A stretch of DNA of 63,341 bases, the filler included, from Intoshia linei (Eukaryota > Animalia > Orthonectida), in NCBI GenBank assembly GCA_001642005.1. It is 13 parts of 13 records of this genome, joined end to end, with 100 filler letters (N's around TTAATTAATTAA, not from the genome) between each part and the next. Parts side by side here need not be neighbours in the genome. Positions count along the whole stretch, not along the records: positions 51,581 to 55,669 come from LWCA01001987.1; positions 55,770 to 58,108 come from LWCA01002342.1; positions 58,209 to 61,951 come from LWCA01002039.1; positions 62,052 to 63,341 come from LWCA01002689.1; 9 more parts are not named here. One strand, written 5' to 3'. Both the position numbers and the translations under genes were made by a program. This document shows, piece by piece, positions 51,481 to 63,341 of the stretch; within the stretch, counting starts at the first letter, position 1; each line of letters opens with the position of its first letter. A model generated the notes under the pieces. That model was not told where the DNA came from, ran no database searches, and worked only from the letters and a program-made list of their open reading frames with translations.

Positions 51481-52106
51481 NNNNNNNNNNNNNNNNNNNN
51501 NNNNNNNNNNNNNNNNNNNNNNNNTTAATTAATTAANNNNNNNNNNNNNNNNNNNNNNNNNNNNNNNNNNNNNNNNNNNNATTTTTTTGAAAAAACATTA
51601 ATCATTAATTTTTCGGTAAATAATTAATAATAATAATAATTGGACAACAAAGTTCCATTAAAACCGATTTGTTCATACATTAGAGTGGAAGACATAAAAA
51701 ATATGTAAATAGTAATAATGACATAAAAAAATATCAGTGACTGCCTTGATATTGTTTTCCATTCGCTAACATTTGAGAAACTGGGGAAAGTCAAGAATGT
51801 AACTTTTTGATTAAAATATTTGAAATAGATCTTGAATAAAATCTCATTTTAACTTTTCAATTTGAAGTGAAATGATGTAATGTAAAATAATCAGATGTAT
51901 TGCCCACGGCCGCAAGTTGTGCACCCCTGATTTAGATGGTATCACATATAACTTTCAAAAATTTAACTCTGAACATAATTTTGAATAAATGAACATAATT
52001 TTAAATGAATCCAAAATTTGACTAAAAATTGTTATAAGCATCAATTGGCGTTTCCAATAAGCACCCAAAATATATACAAATTTTATTTAAAATAGACAAT
52101 TTAAAA

Positions 52107-53859
52107 CTATACAGTAGTTTTTTCCCTTCGTATTTTTGCTAATTTAGCTTTGGAAAGGCATACTGGAACGGGTTCTCCATGAATGTAAGGTATAATTTTT
52201 TTAATTTTTCCAAAAGCTTTAGTTTTTCCTTCACGAAATATTATCCTTGAGCCCTCTTTGAGCGCTTCAGGAAACATTATAAATCTGAAAATTACTGTGG
52301 CTTTATCACCGGTTCTCAATAATGGTTTATCCATTTCTATCAATTGCACAGACTGACGAATGTTATCGACGTTTACTATCCAATGTATATTAATTAATGT
52401 AAAATTTTAAAAATATTACACATTCCTTGATAGCCGATGGATATTGTTGATGGGTGGTGTAGAATCACTAAAGAAGCAACAAAATCATAACAACATTGTA
52501 TAGTCATTTTTTTTGAACAAAGAATCATACCTCTGCGTATGTCGTCACGTTTAACCTAATGGATATTTTTAAAATTTAAAATATTATTTATTATATTTTT
52601 TATATTAAAAATCTTGACCAAGAGTGGAAACAAAGACGTTAGTACTGTTTTAATCTTAATATAGTTTCACATTTTAATTTAAAAGAATATTGCAAATTAA
52701 CCATTTAAAAAAACCATAAAAATAACATCATTACTAATATAGATCTATATCATCTAAATAAATATCTATATAAAGTAAAATTGCTAAAAATATGTTCTTG
52801 CACGCAGAGACCAAGCTACCGTAATCTGATATCCTCTTAGGGTTCCAATGTAATTATTGTAAATTTGTGGCTTATTTTTCCAAATTGAGCATTTATAAAA
52901 TTAAATTATTAATATGTGAATATAACTGAAATGTGAATTTTGTGTTCTAAATATAAAAAATATACTGAAGACTATAAGGGAGGTGATTAGGGCTATATGA
53001 CGCTATGCATTGTGTTTTATTTTTTAGGGGCCTCGAGTTTGGAAGGTTCGGCACTGTCTGCATGAAACCATTTATTTAGAAAACTGACAGTCCCACTAAT
53101 TTAAAAACTCAAATCATAAGTCGTTTTTTCAGGCAGAGCTAGCTACTGTTTGTACAAAGTACACAACAGACAAGCCAGCAAATAATATACAACTAATTAT
53201 CTCGTTTTTAACATTTCCATCAAAATTAATTTTTAAAACGGTATTACCTTTTTTAGTGCAATTCCAGCACTATAACCACTAGAAATTTCTTCAACTTTTA
53301 ATCTTTTGGAATGTAAACTTTTGACTTGAACAAGATGAAATTTACCAGCATAATCTGGGCCCAAATTGATGGTATCGTTAACTTTTATTGTTCCATTCAT
53401 CACAATACCAGAAACAACGGTTCCAACTCCCTAAAAGTAATATAATTTATTTTAACTTCAAAAACGGACAACCACAAATATTATTTCTGTCAGTAAAAGC
53501 AATGTCATGTAAATGATACAAAATAATGATACATGTATCTACTAAATACCCATTATTCAACATGTCCCATGATAAACTCTGGGAAAGTTAAAATCATTTA
53601 TTTTTGCGGCACGCTTTTTCCCCAAAGATTCAAGTAACTTAATTTATATTAAATTTTCGACTTTAACTACATGATATTTTTTATAAAAGCACATCTATAA
53701 CAAAAAAATCTTACTGCAACTTTAAAAGTTCGATCTATAGAAATTTCCAATTCCTTATCATTGTCAAATTGCACAGTATTTGGTAAAAGATTTAGGAACA
53801 TTTTAAATAGATTTATACCTTCTCCAGTCACATTTGATACTTGGAAAACTGGACATATT
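52107..53859 (-). CDS. GTPBP1: GTP-binding protein 1/2 (translational GTPase, EF1A-like), 3' four exons: 53715-53859, 53248-53430, 52420-52555, 52107-52375
   Basis: Spliced: ICPVFQVSNVTGEGINLFKMFLNLL..|GVGTVVSGIVMNG..LGPD..SLHSKR..ALKK|VKRDDIRRGM..ILHHPSTISIGYQGM|LNVDNIRQS..LRTGDKATVIFRFIMFPE..IFREGKTKAFG. All introns are GT-AG and in phase. GTPBP1 versus GTPBP2 is not firmly resolved. Confidence 0.92.
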
Positions 53860-54548
53860 CTAAATTTAATTAATTAATAAAAAAGCGCTTTAATTTTAAT
53901 CATATATTTAATAAAAATAATTTCCTATCGGGGGAGATAGAGAACAGATAGGATTGAAAGATAATTTTGAGGAATGATATCATGGAGGAATTGTTTTTTG
54001 TGGAAAATCCAATATTAAAAGGATTGGGTATTCTGATACAGAGAATTGTTATAAACGTGAGAATTTTTGAGGAATCAATACCACTAATATGTTTTAATAC
54101 ATTAGCATTGTTGTATGTGTGTATTGTATAGATATACACAATATCACCAACAATTTACAATTAAGATAAATTTAACATATAGATGTGAATAGAAATTGGC
54201 GTACGCAAATGTATATGGTAGCAATCTCTCTAGGAAATAGGAATATAATTTTAGAAAAGTAAAATATAAGAACTATCGTGAGTTAGAGGAATTAAAAGTT
54301 TTAGAAAATAAAAATTGGTAATTTTGAGAATTATTAATTAAGGAGAGAAACAGAAATTTAGATAAAAGTAAATTAATGAGACATGCAGTAAATACATACG
54401 ACCAATCAGCCACATAAGTGAATTAACGCATCTACAAAACTAGTACATCTTAAGTTGCATAATTTTTCACGCAAGGTATCGAATATGACAGTAAACTTTT
54501 ATAAGAAAAGTTCATAACCCAAATTATCATGAAAATAACTCCCCTGTA

Positions 54549-55081
54549 ATGACTGAATTACCGCCATTTCGACAGGACAAGATAGAAGAATTGTTTAAAA
54601 AACTAGCCCTTTGGTGCCAGTTGTACGACCACCTGACAGAAGATGAGCAATACAAAGCAATATTGGAAGAACTCAACTTCCACCCAAAACCGTACCGCAA
54701 ACAACACTATGCGCGTATTTGCGGATTTTGTTTAATACTCCGCTGATAGTTGACAACCAGTCCGTTCCTAAACCAAAACCAATCATAACGAAAATCCTTG
54801 ATTACGATAAGAATAACGACGTTACAATGTCCTCTGGAAACGTCACACCCTCCCAAGAATGTTCGGATGTGAGATTAGATACTCCCAACATCTCAAATCA
54901 GAAAATTCCTCCTCCATTCATTAAGACAGGACAGATTAACCCTGCAATATCATCCCTACTCTCAGTAATGCTAGTCAGTCATCAGTATCTATTTGAAAAC
55001 CTGTGTGCAGCCGACAACGACAAGAAACTGCAAGTTACCAACATAGGATGGCCCGTCTCAAACCTAATATCAAACCCTTAA
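54549..55081 (+). mobile_element. Probable decayed LTR-retrotransposon gag fragment
   Basis: MTELPPFRQDKIEELFKKLALWCQLY..TEDEQYKAILEEL resembles the Gypsy gag N-terminus (LPxF..P.xWF). Locally higher GC; frameshifted. Confidence 0.4.
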
Positions 55082-55769
55082 TCAACCCCCATCTCTTCGT
55101 AGACCAATGATGAAATTCGTCCAAACTGCCGAAGTAACAGACATCCCTCGATGTCTGATATATAACGCGTTTTTGAAAATATTATTATATTATTAGTAAT
55201 CAATTTCTATAAATTAAATAATTAATACTTAATGTGTATTTAAATTGCGCTTTAGCTACTGGCCCAAAATATGGTAGAGTATTATATATATTTTGTGGAA
55301 GAGATTTATAGTTACTATACTAATTTAGAATCAATTCAATTATCTGATTCCTAGCAAGAATCCATACATTATTTTTTACACCAATTTGTAAAATAAATGT
55401 TTGCAACGTTCTTTGTATTGCAAGGATGCCCACCCGTCAATTGTATAAAACTTTTATGTCTGGATGTCAAGTCAACTGTACATCTCTTGTGCTGGTTGAT
55501 AGAAAAAATGACAATGTCAACATTAAGAAAATAATAACTATAGATTCTCATAACAAAGATTACATGTTATGTAAATCTTACAGAGTTTGTCATGAATATA
55601 AATTTTGTTTTCATAAATATAAATTTTGTTTTTATAAATATAAAACTTTTTTAAAAAATACTGAAGTACNNNNNNNNNNNNNNNNNNNNNNNNNNNNNNN
55701 NNNNNNNNNNNNNTTAATTAATTAANNNNNNNNNNNNNNNNNNNNNNNNNNNNNNNNNNNNNNNNNNNN

Positions 55770-57712
55770 TTTTTTTATACCAAAAGTATCGCACAACTCT
55801 TTAATGAGGGAACAATCAAACTGTTTTCCCATATATGTGTGGATTTCGATGGGAGGACCGTATTTTAAAATTATCGATTTATATAAAACCGTTGTAATTG
55901 TCTCAGCTGTAATATCTGGAACAGCTACACTTTCCAACAGACTAGAATAGTGGTCGATCATGTTGATGATGTACTATTTCCATTGTTGGACAAAGACAGT
56001 GGACCCATAATGTCTACTTGCCAAAGTTCGTTGAATTTTTTACATAATACTGGCTTTAATTTTTTTGTAAATATATGATTGTGATGTTTAGATGTACTGC
56101 ATTTATCACATTTTGATATGTAAGTTTTTACTTGATTAATGAGATAAGACCCATTATATTTTTTTTTATTAATTGAGAACACTTTGTTTAGTCTGGGTGA
56201 CAATATAATTTTGAATTATGGTAGTATCGATTATTGAATTTGTTAATTTGTCAGGTATAACTAATCTGAATTTGCCATTACATTGCTGATATCACGTGTC
56301 GTCTTTAATTATCAATTGTTTACGAAAATTGTAATATTTGTTACTTTTATCCAAAACAATTTTCTTTTTCAATTTTTTTAGTTTGTTGGCACATAGAATC
56401 GGTTAATTGAACACCTTTAACATCAAATTTATCCTGTTTCAATTGTATATGTTCGATGGATTTATTTATTTTAGGAGGAATTCTAGATAATAAATCAGTA
56501 CAATAGTTTAATGATTCTGGTCTGTAATTAATTTCTAAATTATATATTTGTAAATTTTTTAACCATCTAAATTCTTGATGTGGAAGATTGTTGCCATTAT
56601 TTATATATGTTAACGGATTATGATCGGTTAAGACATAGCATTTCTTTCTCATCACATAATATTTGAATTTATTGACCGCCCAATAGACAACAAAAAATTC
56701 TTTTTTAAAGGTGCTGCACCGTTGTTCTGTTTGCGTAAATGACTTGCTGGCGTATTCTATGACTCTGTCGTTTTGTAATAACACCGCACCGATACCGTGT
56801 TCAGATGCATCCGTTTCGAAGACGAATGAGCTCTTGCAGTCCGGTATTTTCATTACGGGCGGGCTAGTAAGAGCGTTTTTTAATTCCAAAACAGCCAAGT
56901 CGTAATTTTCTATCCAAATAAATGTACTGTATTTTTTTTTGAAGTAATTGATTAAGTGGTTCCGTGAAGTGCACGTAATTTTTAATAAATTTTCGGTGAT
57001 AGCCGCACATACCGAGGAACGAACGTAATTTCTTTAGATTGGATGGAATTGGAAGATACAAAAGTTTGGAAATTTTTCGTTTATCAACTTTAATTCCATT
57101 TGCATTCACCACATAACCCAGAACGTTTATCTCTTTTACTCCAATTTTGCATTTTTCTTTTTTGAGAGTGAGACCGGTTGATCGAATACGATTCAAAACA
57201 GTAGTGAGATGTATCCTGTGTTCCTCTGGGCTGTTGGATGATATAATTATGTCGTCTAGGTAGACGATGACATAATCCAAATGACCTAAAATGCTGTCCA
57301 TTATCCGCTGACAGGTTGCAGGTGCGTTGCACAATCCGAAAGGCACTCGCACGAATTGGTATAATTTTTTACCGTAATGTGTTGCAAATGCAGTTTTGTG
57401 TCTGTCTTCAGGGTCTAGTGATACTTGCTAAAAACAACTTGATACGTCAAGTATAGAAAATATGGATTTATTGGCTAGTATTTCTAGACAAGATTTCAAA
57501 CTTTGTGGAGGATAAGCATCAGGTATTGTGTTCGAATTCAATTTTTTGTAGTCAACAACAAATCTAGAAATGCCATCTTTCTTGGGAACTAGAAAAAATG
57601 GTGATCGATATTGACTATGGCATTCTTCGATAACGCCATCTCGCAACATTTCGCTTATCATTTTTTTACCGTTTCCTTTTGATTTAAAGGTACAGGGTAA
57701 TATGGACACTTG
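55770..57712 (-). mobile_element. Decayed Ty3/Gypsy pol (RT-RNase H-integrase)
   Basis: SPFFLVPKKDG..RFVVDYKKLN; VPFGLCNAPAT..VYLDDIII; FETDASEHGIGAVLLQ..TDHNPL; KCDKC..WQVDIMGPL. Domain order is RT-RH-INT. Multiple stops and frameshifts. Confidence 0.95.
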
Positions 57713-57743
57713 ATCTCAATATCGTTTTTTTTAATTTTATTTT

Positions 57744-58108
57744 GTGACGATGGCTCTTAACCAGCCAGCTTCATTTATTAAACGACATAATATATCGTCC
57801 AACAAAATTATTGGCGATTCCAAAACTGTAAATCAAAATACAATGTTAAATTTCAATGAAGCATATTTAGCGAAATTAAAAAAATATGACCGTAAAAATA
57901 TATTCAATTGCGATGAATTGGGCCTTTTTATAAGTGCTCTTTGACTCGAACGTACATAATTTCAAAGACCGATAAAGCCAGTGGAAAATTTGTCAAAAAT
58001 AGAATTACCTTTAATTATTTGCAGTTAATTTGTTACGAGAAAAATTGTAACCACTCATAATAGGAAAATCGAAAAACCCTAGATGTTTAAAAAAATTTGA
58101 TAGACAAA
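57744..58108 (+). mobile_element. pogo/Tigger transposase fragment
   Basis: FIKRHNISSNKIIGDS..YDRKNIFNCDELGLF..KNRIT..EKL*PLIIGKSKNPRCLK. Confidence 0.88.
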
Positions 58109-58208
58109 NNNNNNNNNNNNNNNNNNNNNNNNNNNNNNNNNNNNNNNNNNNNTTAATTAATTAANNNNNNNNNNNNNNNNNNNNNNNNNNNNNNNNNNNN
58201 NNNNNNNN

Positions 58209-58680
58209 ATAAATAATTTACAGCACTCTTTGTAATCGTCGCGTTTATATTCTTGTATTTTTAATAGGGTTAATATAATATTGGAAAAATTAATGTTATT
58301 CATTGTTAATTTTGGTGGATTATGGCATTTATTATATCGGTTTATATCATTAAAATAAATATCTAACTTTTGTTACGAAATTATCATTTATATCTGGTTG
58401 ACATGTATCCCCGAAGGATTTTTTGTAAACCGACGAAAGAATTATCTCAAGGATATGATGACGACAAGGCAATTCCACGATTGATTGATTTAGTGAATCT
58501 TTGATTAACTTTACGCTTTCACTTTTAAATCCTTTATTAGATGCAGTTGTGTCAAAGACAAAACTTACAACTTTATGACTTACATTCCATTCTTGTAAAA
58601 TTCTGCACACTGATGCTTTTGCTTTGACTGATTTTTTTGATTATGTGTTTGTGATCAAAACTTCACAACTTGTGACCTAA
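58209..58680 (-). mobile_element. hAT-superfamily (hATm-like) transposase fragment
   Basis: LQEWNV..VFDTTASNKG..LPCRHHILEIIL..FGDTCQPDI and the downstream RDDYKECCKL motif. The subfamily comes from recall. Confidence 0.7.
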
Positions 58681-59292
58681 AGTTGTTACCAATAAAAAAA
58701 TTTTGCAAATTTTGAAATACCCTAACATACAAATGTAATAATGTACTAATGTACGTGTTATTGTCTCGTAAGGATTATAATTGAACTAAGCTTTGTTATT
58801 AACTTATCATAATTTAATTTAATTCTTTAATGTTTTGTTGATTGTTTTTTTAATCCTTTTTGAACAATTTTTGTTTGAATTGTGTTATATTTACCCTCCT
58901 CCTTATCGTATGTGGGTGTAATTTGATATTTTCAAAAAAAGTGCAAAATTGAACACTCCAAAGTATATACGATATATAAGATTAAAGTTGTAAAAAATGG
59001 CGTAAACTTTTATTTATAAAAATATACTTTTTTGATTATGAATTTTAATTCTATTTTTTCATTTTGACGCTGACCGTTATAACTAAAATAATAAATTTAT
59101 TAAAATTGAAATTATTACAATAAACCATGGGTCGGTAACTTTTTGCATACCATTTTTTTATATCAATAAATTCTAGATAAATATTTCGTTTTTGAAAATT
59201 TACACATGATACATTTCAATTTTAACTGAACAGAAACGGTTTTAGTATATTTAACAAGATAAAATCCAGTGGAATTTGAAAATTCAGTAATA

Positions 59293-59502
59293 CAGTGTTG
59301 TGCACTGATATACAAGCTATTGTGCACTAATATAAATACTATTGTGCATCTATATAAATACTATTGGTCACTCATATACGGACCATTTTAACTTTTCATT
59401 GTATTGCACGGCACTGTATAATGTTATAAAATAGTCCGTATATGAATGCACAATAGTTTTTATATCAGTGTAGAATAGCTCGTATATCAGTGCACAATAC
59501 TG
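59293..59502. mobile_element. TA-flanked palindromic MITE (Tc1/mariner-type ends)
   Basis: TA|CAGTGTTGTGCACTGATATACAAGCT ... AGCTCGTATATCAGTGCACAATACTG|TA with ~20-bp internal subrepeats. Confidence 0.85.
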
Positions 59503-60117
59503 TAAAATGATTATAATGAGCCAATTATATTAGACAACGTTTAAAACGGTTATTTAAAAGTTAAAAAATTTAAAAATAAATAATTTACATATTTACACAA
59601 AGGACCACCAAAATTATTCTGTGGGCCACTATTTGCCGACCCTGCTATACATGACGTGTTCTCGTATTAAACGTACAATGTACATCAATATGCATTGTAC
59701 GTATGAAACATGTACGTCAACACTGTTGATTCAACTGTTTACAATCTAGAATCTAGATTGAATACACTAAAAAAAATTAATGTAAATGTATTTATTTTAA
59801 GTTATGCAATTTTAAGTATTAAGTTTTAAGTAGTTTAAATTTCATTTATTATATTTTATTATCCGTAATTAATAACTTTTATAAAATAGTTTAATTTAAG
59901 TTTAAAAAATGGACAAATTTATTAGGGTGTACAAATTTGTACTAATAAAATTTAGTCGAATTTCAACAATGTTGTTACAATGGACCTGTTCAGTTAATCT
60001 TGAAAATGCAAAATGTATTATTCCAGTAGTAATGTATTGATTTCAAAAGATTAGAGCAGTTATTCTCAAACTGTGTGCCGCGTAAAAAAAAATTGTTACG
60101 TAAAAAATATTACAAAA

Positions 60118-60998
60118 TCCTTACTTATATAATATGCTACGCAATATTTGTTTGTGTGTGTGTTCCACTTTATTGAAATAATTATTAGTTTTAGAATTAT
60201 ATAAAGTCCACATTTCAATTACAGTTTTTTCCGGGACATATAATAGGATAAGTTTCAACCTCCCCAAACTCACATCTTACGAGTCAATAACCAAATTGTC
60301 CTTTTTTTTGAAAATCAAACGAGTTGGAGAATTTAAAAAAATTATATCTTCAGGGCCAAAACCCCAAATTACCCTTTTTTTTATGAAAACAACTAGAATT
60401 TAAATACATTACAGGTGGTACAGTTGTATCCTGTTAACACATACACAAAAATTTCAATCTGAATAAGTGACGACTTCAGGGTCAAAAAAGCATTTTAGTA
60501 TTCATATATTTTTTTCTGAAAGTTTTACAAAAAATGTGAAATAATTAACCGTCCGAAAATTAAAAAAAAAAGATTATTTTGATAGAGCTTATTCTAGTTG
60601 ATATAAATACAAAAATTTAACCCGAGAAATCTACGGCATTCCTGATGAAAAATAATTTTTAATATATTATCAACCAATATTTTTGAAATATTTCGATTAA
60701 AATAAAAATTCAAAATGTAAATATTGATCCTAAAATTTCAAAAAAAATGTGCATTGAACGTCTACACATTTCCAATAAAGAGATATGGGTGAAAAGCTAT
60801 ATCATTCATTCCTTCGGAATTTTTTGATTGCTACTCAATTTTTAAATTTAAAATTCTCATTTTCAAAACATTTTGTTTGAAATTAATCAACTTAAACTAC
60901 AAGGTAGAACGTGTAGAACAACAAAACTAAAAGTAATACAACTTACTTATTAATAATAAATTATTATCATTTTTATATTTATTACAATCCTTTGCATT
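60118..60998 (+). mobile_element. Helitron family copy (5' ~880 bp)
   Basis: A|TCCTTACTTATATAATATGCTACGC..; colinear with 29129-30005. Confidence 0.85.
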
Positions 60999-62215
60999 TG
61001 TAGTATTCTAACGATACTATTAAATATAGTTACACTCATTATTAACAATTATCATTCTTTATCATTTATATATGCATTAGGGCTGTTCATTTTTTACAAA
61101 ATTTTCGATTCGAAAAAAATCCACCCCCTACCTTGAAGAACGTACTTTAAAACTCATAAAAATGTGTACCTTTTTTGAATTTTAAGGTTTTCGCGCACTT
61201 TTTCTTAATTGGCGCCATTTCTTTTTTTTAAAGATGGATATGATTAATGTAATGACCCACTAAGACATATACCAAATTTGCACATAAACATTTTAATATT
61301 TAACCTCACAGCGTGTTTTTTCCTTAAAAAGGGGTTTTTGTAATATTGGTTAAATTTAAAAATACTGACATTTATAATAACGATAAATTTATTTTAAATA
61401 TGAAAATTCAGTTATTAACGTTTTCAACACATTTTAATGAAAAAAAGTAATATGAACTCTCTAGAAGCCGAGCTAAAAAATTGAACTGTGTTTGTTCTAA
61501 TCAATTAATTTATATAATTTTTGTATGACAATATGTAAAATGTTATGCAGATTCGAGGCAATTAAGTGTAGTTTTTTTTGTATTATTAGTTTCTTCGTTT
61601 AAATTAATTAAAATCAGGAAAAAAATACTTTATTATCTTGAAAAAATTACGATAAATCATGGAAACAATAGTTTTTAAAATTTTAAATATTTATTTTGTT
61701 AAAATATTAACAGTAATTTTGTTTCAATGTCAACAATATTACGGTCGACAAACTTTTTTACATATCCCAGAGATCTCTCACAAATTTCATCTACTGCACC
61801 TTGAATATTTAATTTCAATTCCTGTTCCCTTATAATGTGGTAAATACTGCAAAAAATTAATTTTGAGAATCTCAACAAAACTAAAGGATATATTGAATCC
61901 AATGCTGCTAACCGGAAATTTAAATGTGAGATAAATTTGTAGTATTCTATCNNNNNNNNNNNNNNNNNNNNNNNNNNNNNNNNNNNNNNNNNNNNTTAAT
62001 TAATTAANNNNNNNNNNNNNNNNNNNNNNNNNNNNNNNNNNNNNNNNNNNNGGGTGATTTAGAAATTTATGAATTATGGTGGAATGGGGCGCTAGTTTAT
62101 AAAGGTTGAGAATCCCTGCTATATATTGTACAATGTACATTTATAATTTTTTAAATTTTCAACTTCAAATATATTTCAATGAAAATCTAGACCAGATTAA
62201 TAAAATAAACCTTAC

Positions 62216-62950
62216 GTTTAACAACTATGGGCTCTGGTACGTCAACAACTTTCCATCCTCTGTTTTCAAAATAGGACCATTTGTCTGTTTTTTCACCGTC
62301 CATTTTAATACAAGGTCTCGTTGAACATACAAATAACAGTCCAGGTTCTAAAATATAGATCCAACTTATTGACATATATGTGAATTAATTTATAATTTTT
62401 TTAGAAATTCGAAAAAAAATGTATTAGACAAATTATAAAATGTTCGTAGTGATTACATTATGATATTGTCAATTAATTATAATTATCCATTATAATAAAG
62501 TAACATTGAAGATATCAGAAAGTGTTTCTGAGTTTTCTTCGTCTGTTATCCCCTTTAGCCATAATATTCTTTTCGTTAACACCCATTTAAATTATGTTGA
62601 TTAGCGCGAACATTTTCAACCTCAAAGTGACTCAATTTAATACATCATTAGTACATCAATTTTTATTACACTTTTTTTGATAGATTTCAAAAAACACAGA
62701 ATTCAATCTCAAACATTGGTATTTTCGTAAAATAACATTAAACTGTATAACTGTACTACCTTTGCTGAAATTTTTAGAAATATTATATAAAAAAAGTAAT
62801 GTGTACATAAAATAAATTGTAAATATTACTTATAGGTAAAAATGTAGTATCGGCATGTAAGGCATAAATATCATCACAAATAACTGAATGAACATTATAT
62901 TTGGGTTCCAAATGACGTTTAAGCCATAGGTATCCTTTATGGTTGGAAGT
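62216..62950 (-). CDS. GATM: Glycine amidinotransferase (L-arginine:glycine amidinotransferase family), two internal exons: 62830-62950 and ~62216-62347
   Basis: Spliced: TSNHKGYLWLKRHLEPKYNVHSVICDDIYALHADTTFLPI|KPGLLFVCSTRPC..YFENRGWKVVDVPEP. This parallels AGAT TNxxGIEWMRRHLAPDYRVH..MHIDATF..PGIVLSNPDRPC..FKKAGWTII.PP.P, with the catalytic His and adjacent Asp kept. The first exon is missed by the ORF track. Confidence 0.85.
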
Positions 62951-63341
62951 CTATTTGAATGAAGGTTACAACCATTTAATTTACATAACTGTATATATAA
63001 AACTATATACAACTTTATTTACAATTACATACATTATTATATGTGTTACAGGCAGTTTGGAAATCCAGGCAATTTGCAAATTGACTGGATGCAGCGTGCA
63101 GCAGGCAATGTGAAAATTATATTTGTGAAGATTAATTGTCTATAGAGCAAACTTTGGTAACTAAAGCTTAGTTTAACTTAGTTATTTAGACTACAGACCC
63201 CAGTTAAAATTGAAATATTGAAATTAATTTTTTACCTACAAACCATTTTACAAAAAAATTAAAAATATTCTCTAGTGTGAACACCATAGAATATTTTTTT
63301 ATCCAATTCAATTGTATATTTATATTTAATTTTGTGTATTT

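Noticed and set aside
55369-55669. ORFs before the 55670 gap as upstream GTPBP1 exons
   Set aside because: No GTPase motifs (e.g. TKID) were seen in the frames read.
61699-61951. Minus-strand ORF as the final GATM exon
   Set aside because: No frame gives the expected WLSMNVL..GGGFHC C-terminal motifs; it remains unassigned.

Overview
This is eukaryotic (animal) genomic DNA, not prokaryotic. It is very AT-rich, has spliceosomal GT-AG introns (many only ~30-50 nt), and is split into 13 pieces by 12 artificial 100-bp gap linkers (N44-TTAATTAATTAA-N44). The tiny introns, AT bias and divergent metazoan proteins would fit a reduced invertebrate parasite such as the orthonectid Intoshia, but that is unverified inference. 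Host genes reconstructed by hand: a Gfi1/senseless C2H2 zinc-finger gene, the 3' half of GTPBP1/2, two exons of a glycine amidinotransferase (GATM), one protein-tyrosine-phosphatase catalytic exon, a 7-exon membrane-anchored alpha-carbonic-anhydrase-like gene lacking catalytic residues, a Lys/Glu-rich protein with a possible myosin-I TH1-like segment, an intronless secreted orphan, a ~10 kb multi-exon unknown gene, and a tRNA-Arg(UCU) facing an inverted decayed copy. Much of the rest is transposon debris: an abundant non-autonomous Helitron family, Tc1/mariner (DD34E/35E/37E), pogo/Tigger, hAT and hATm-like fragments, Chapaev3-like deletion derivatives, Ty3/Gypsy fragments and many MITEs. The most notable observations are: spliceosomal introns inside DNA transposase genes (one at the same position in two diverged copies), a Gfi1 with eh1-like motifs instead of SNAG, the acatalytic carbonic anhydrase, and Helitron foldback/inverted structures. 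I see no clearly new multi-gene system. All calls were made by eye, without database searches.
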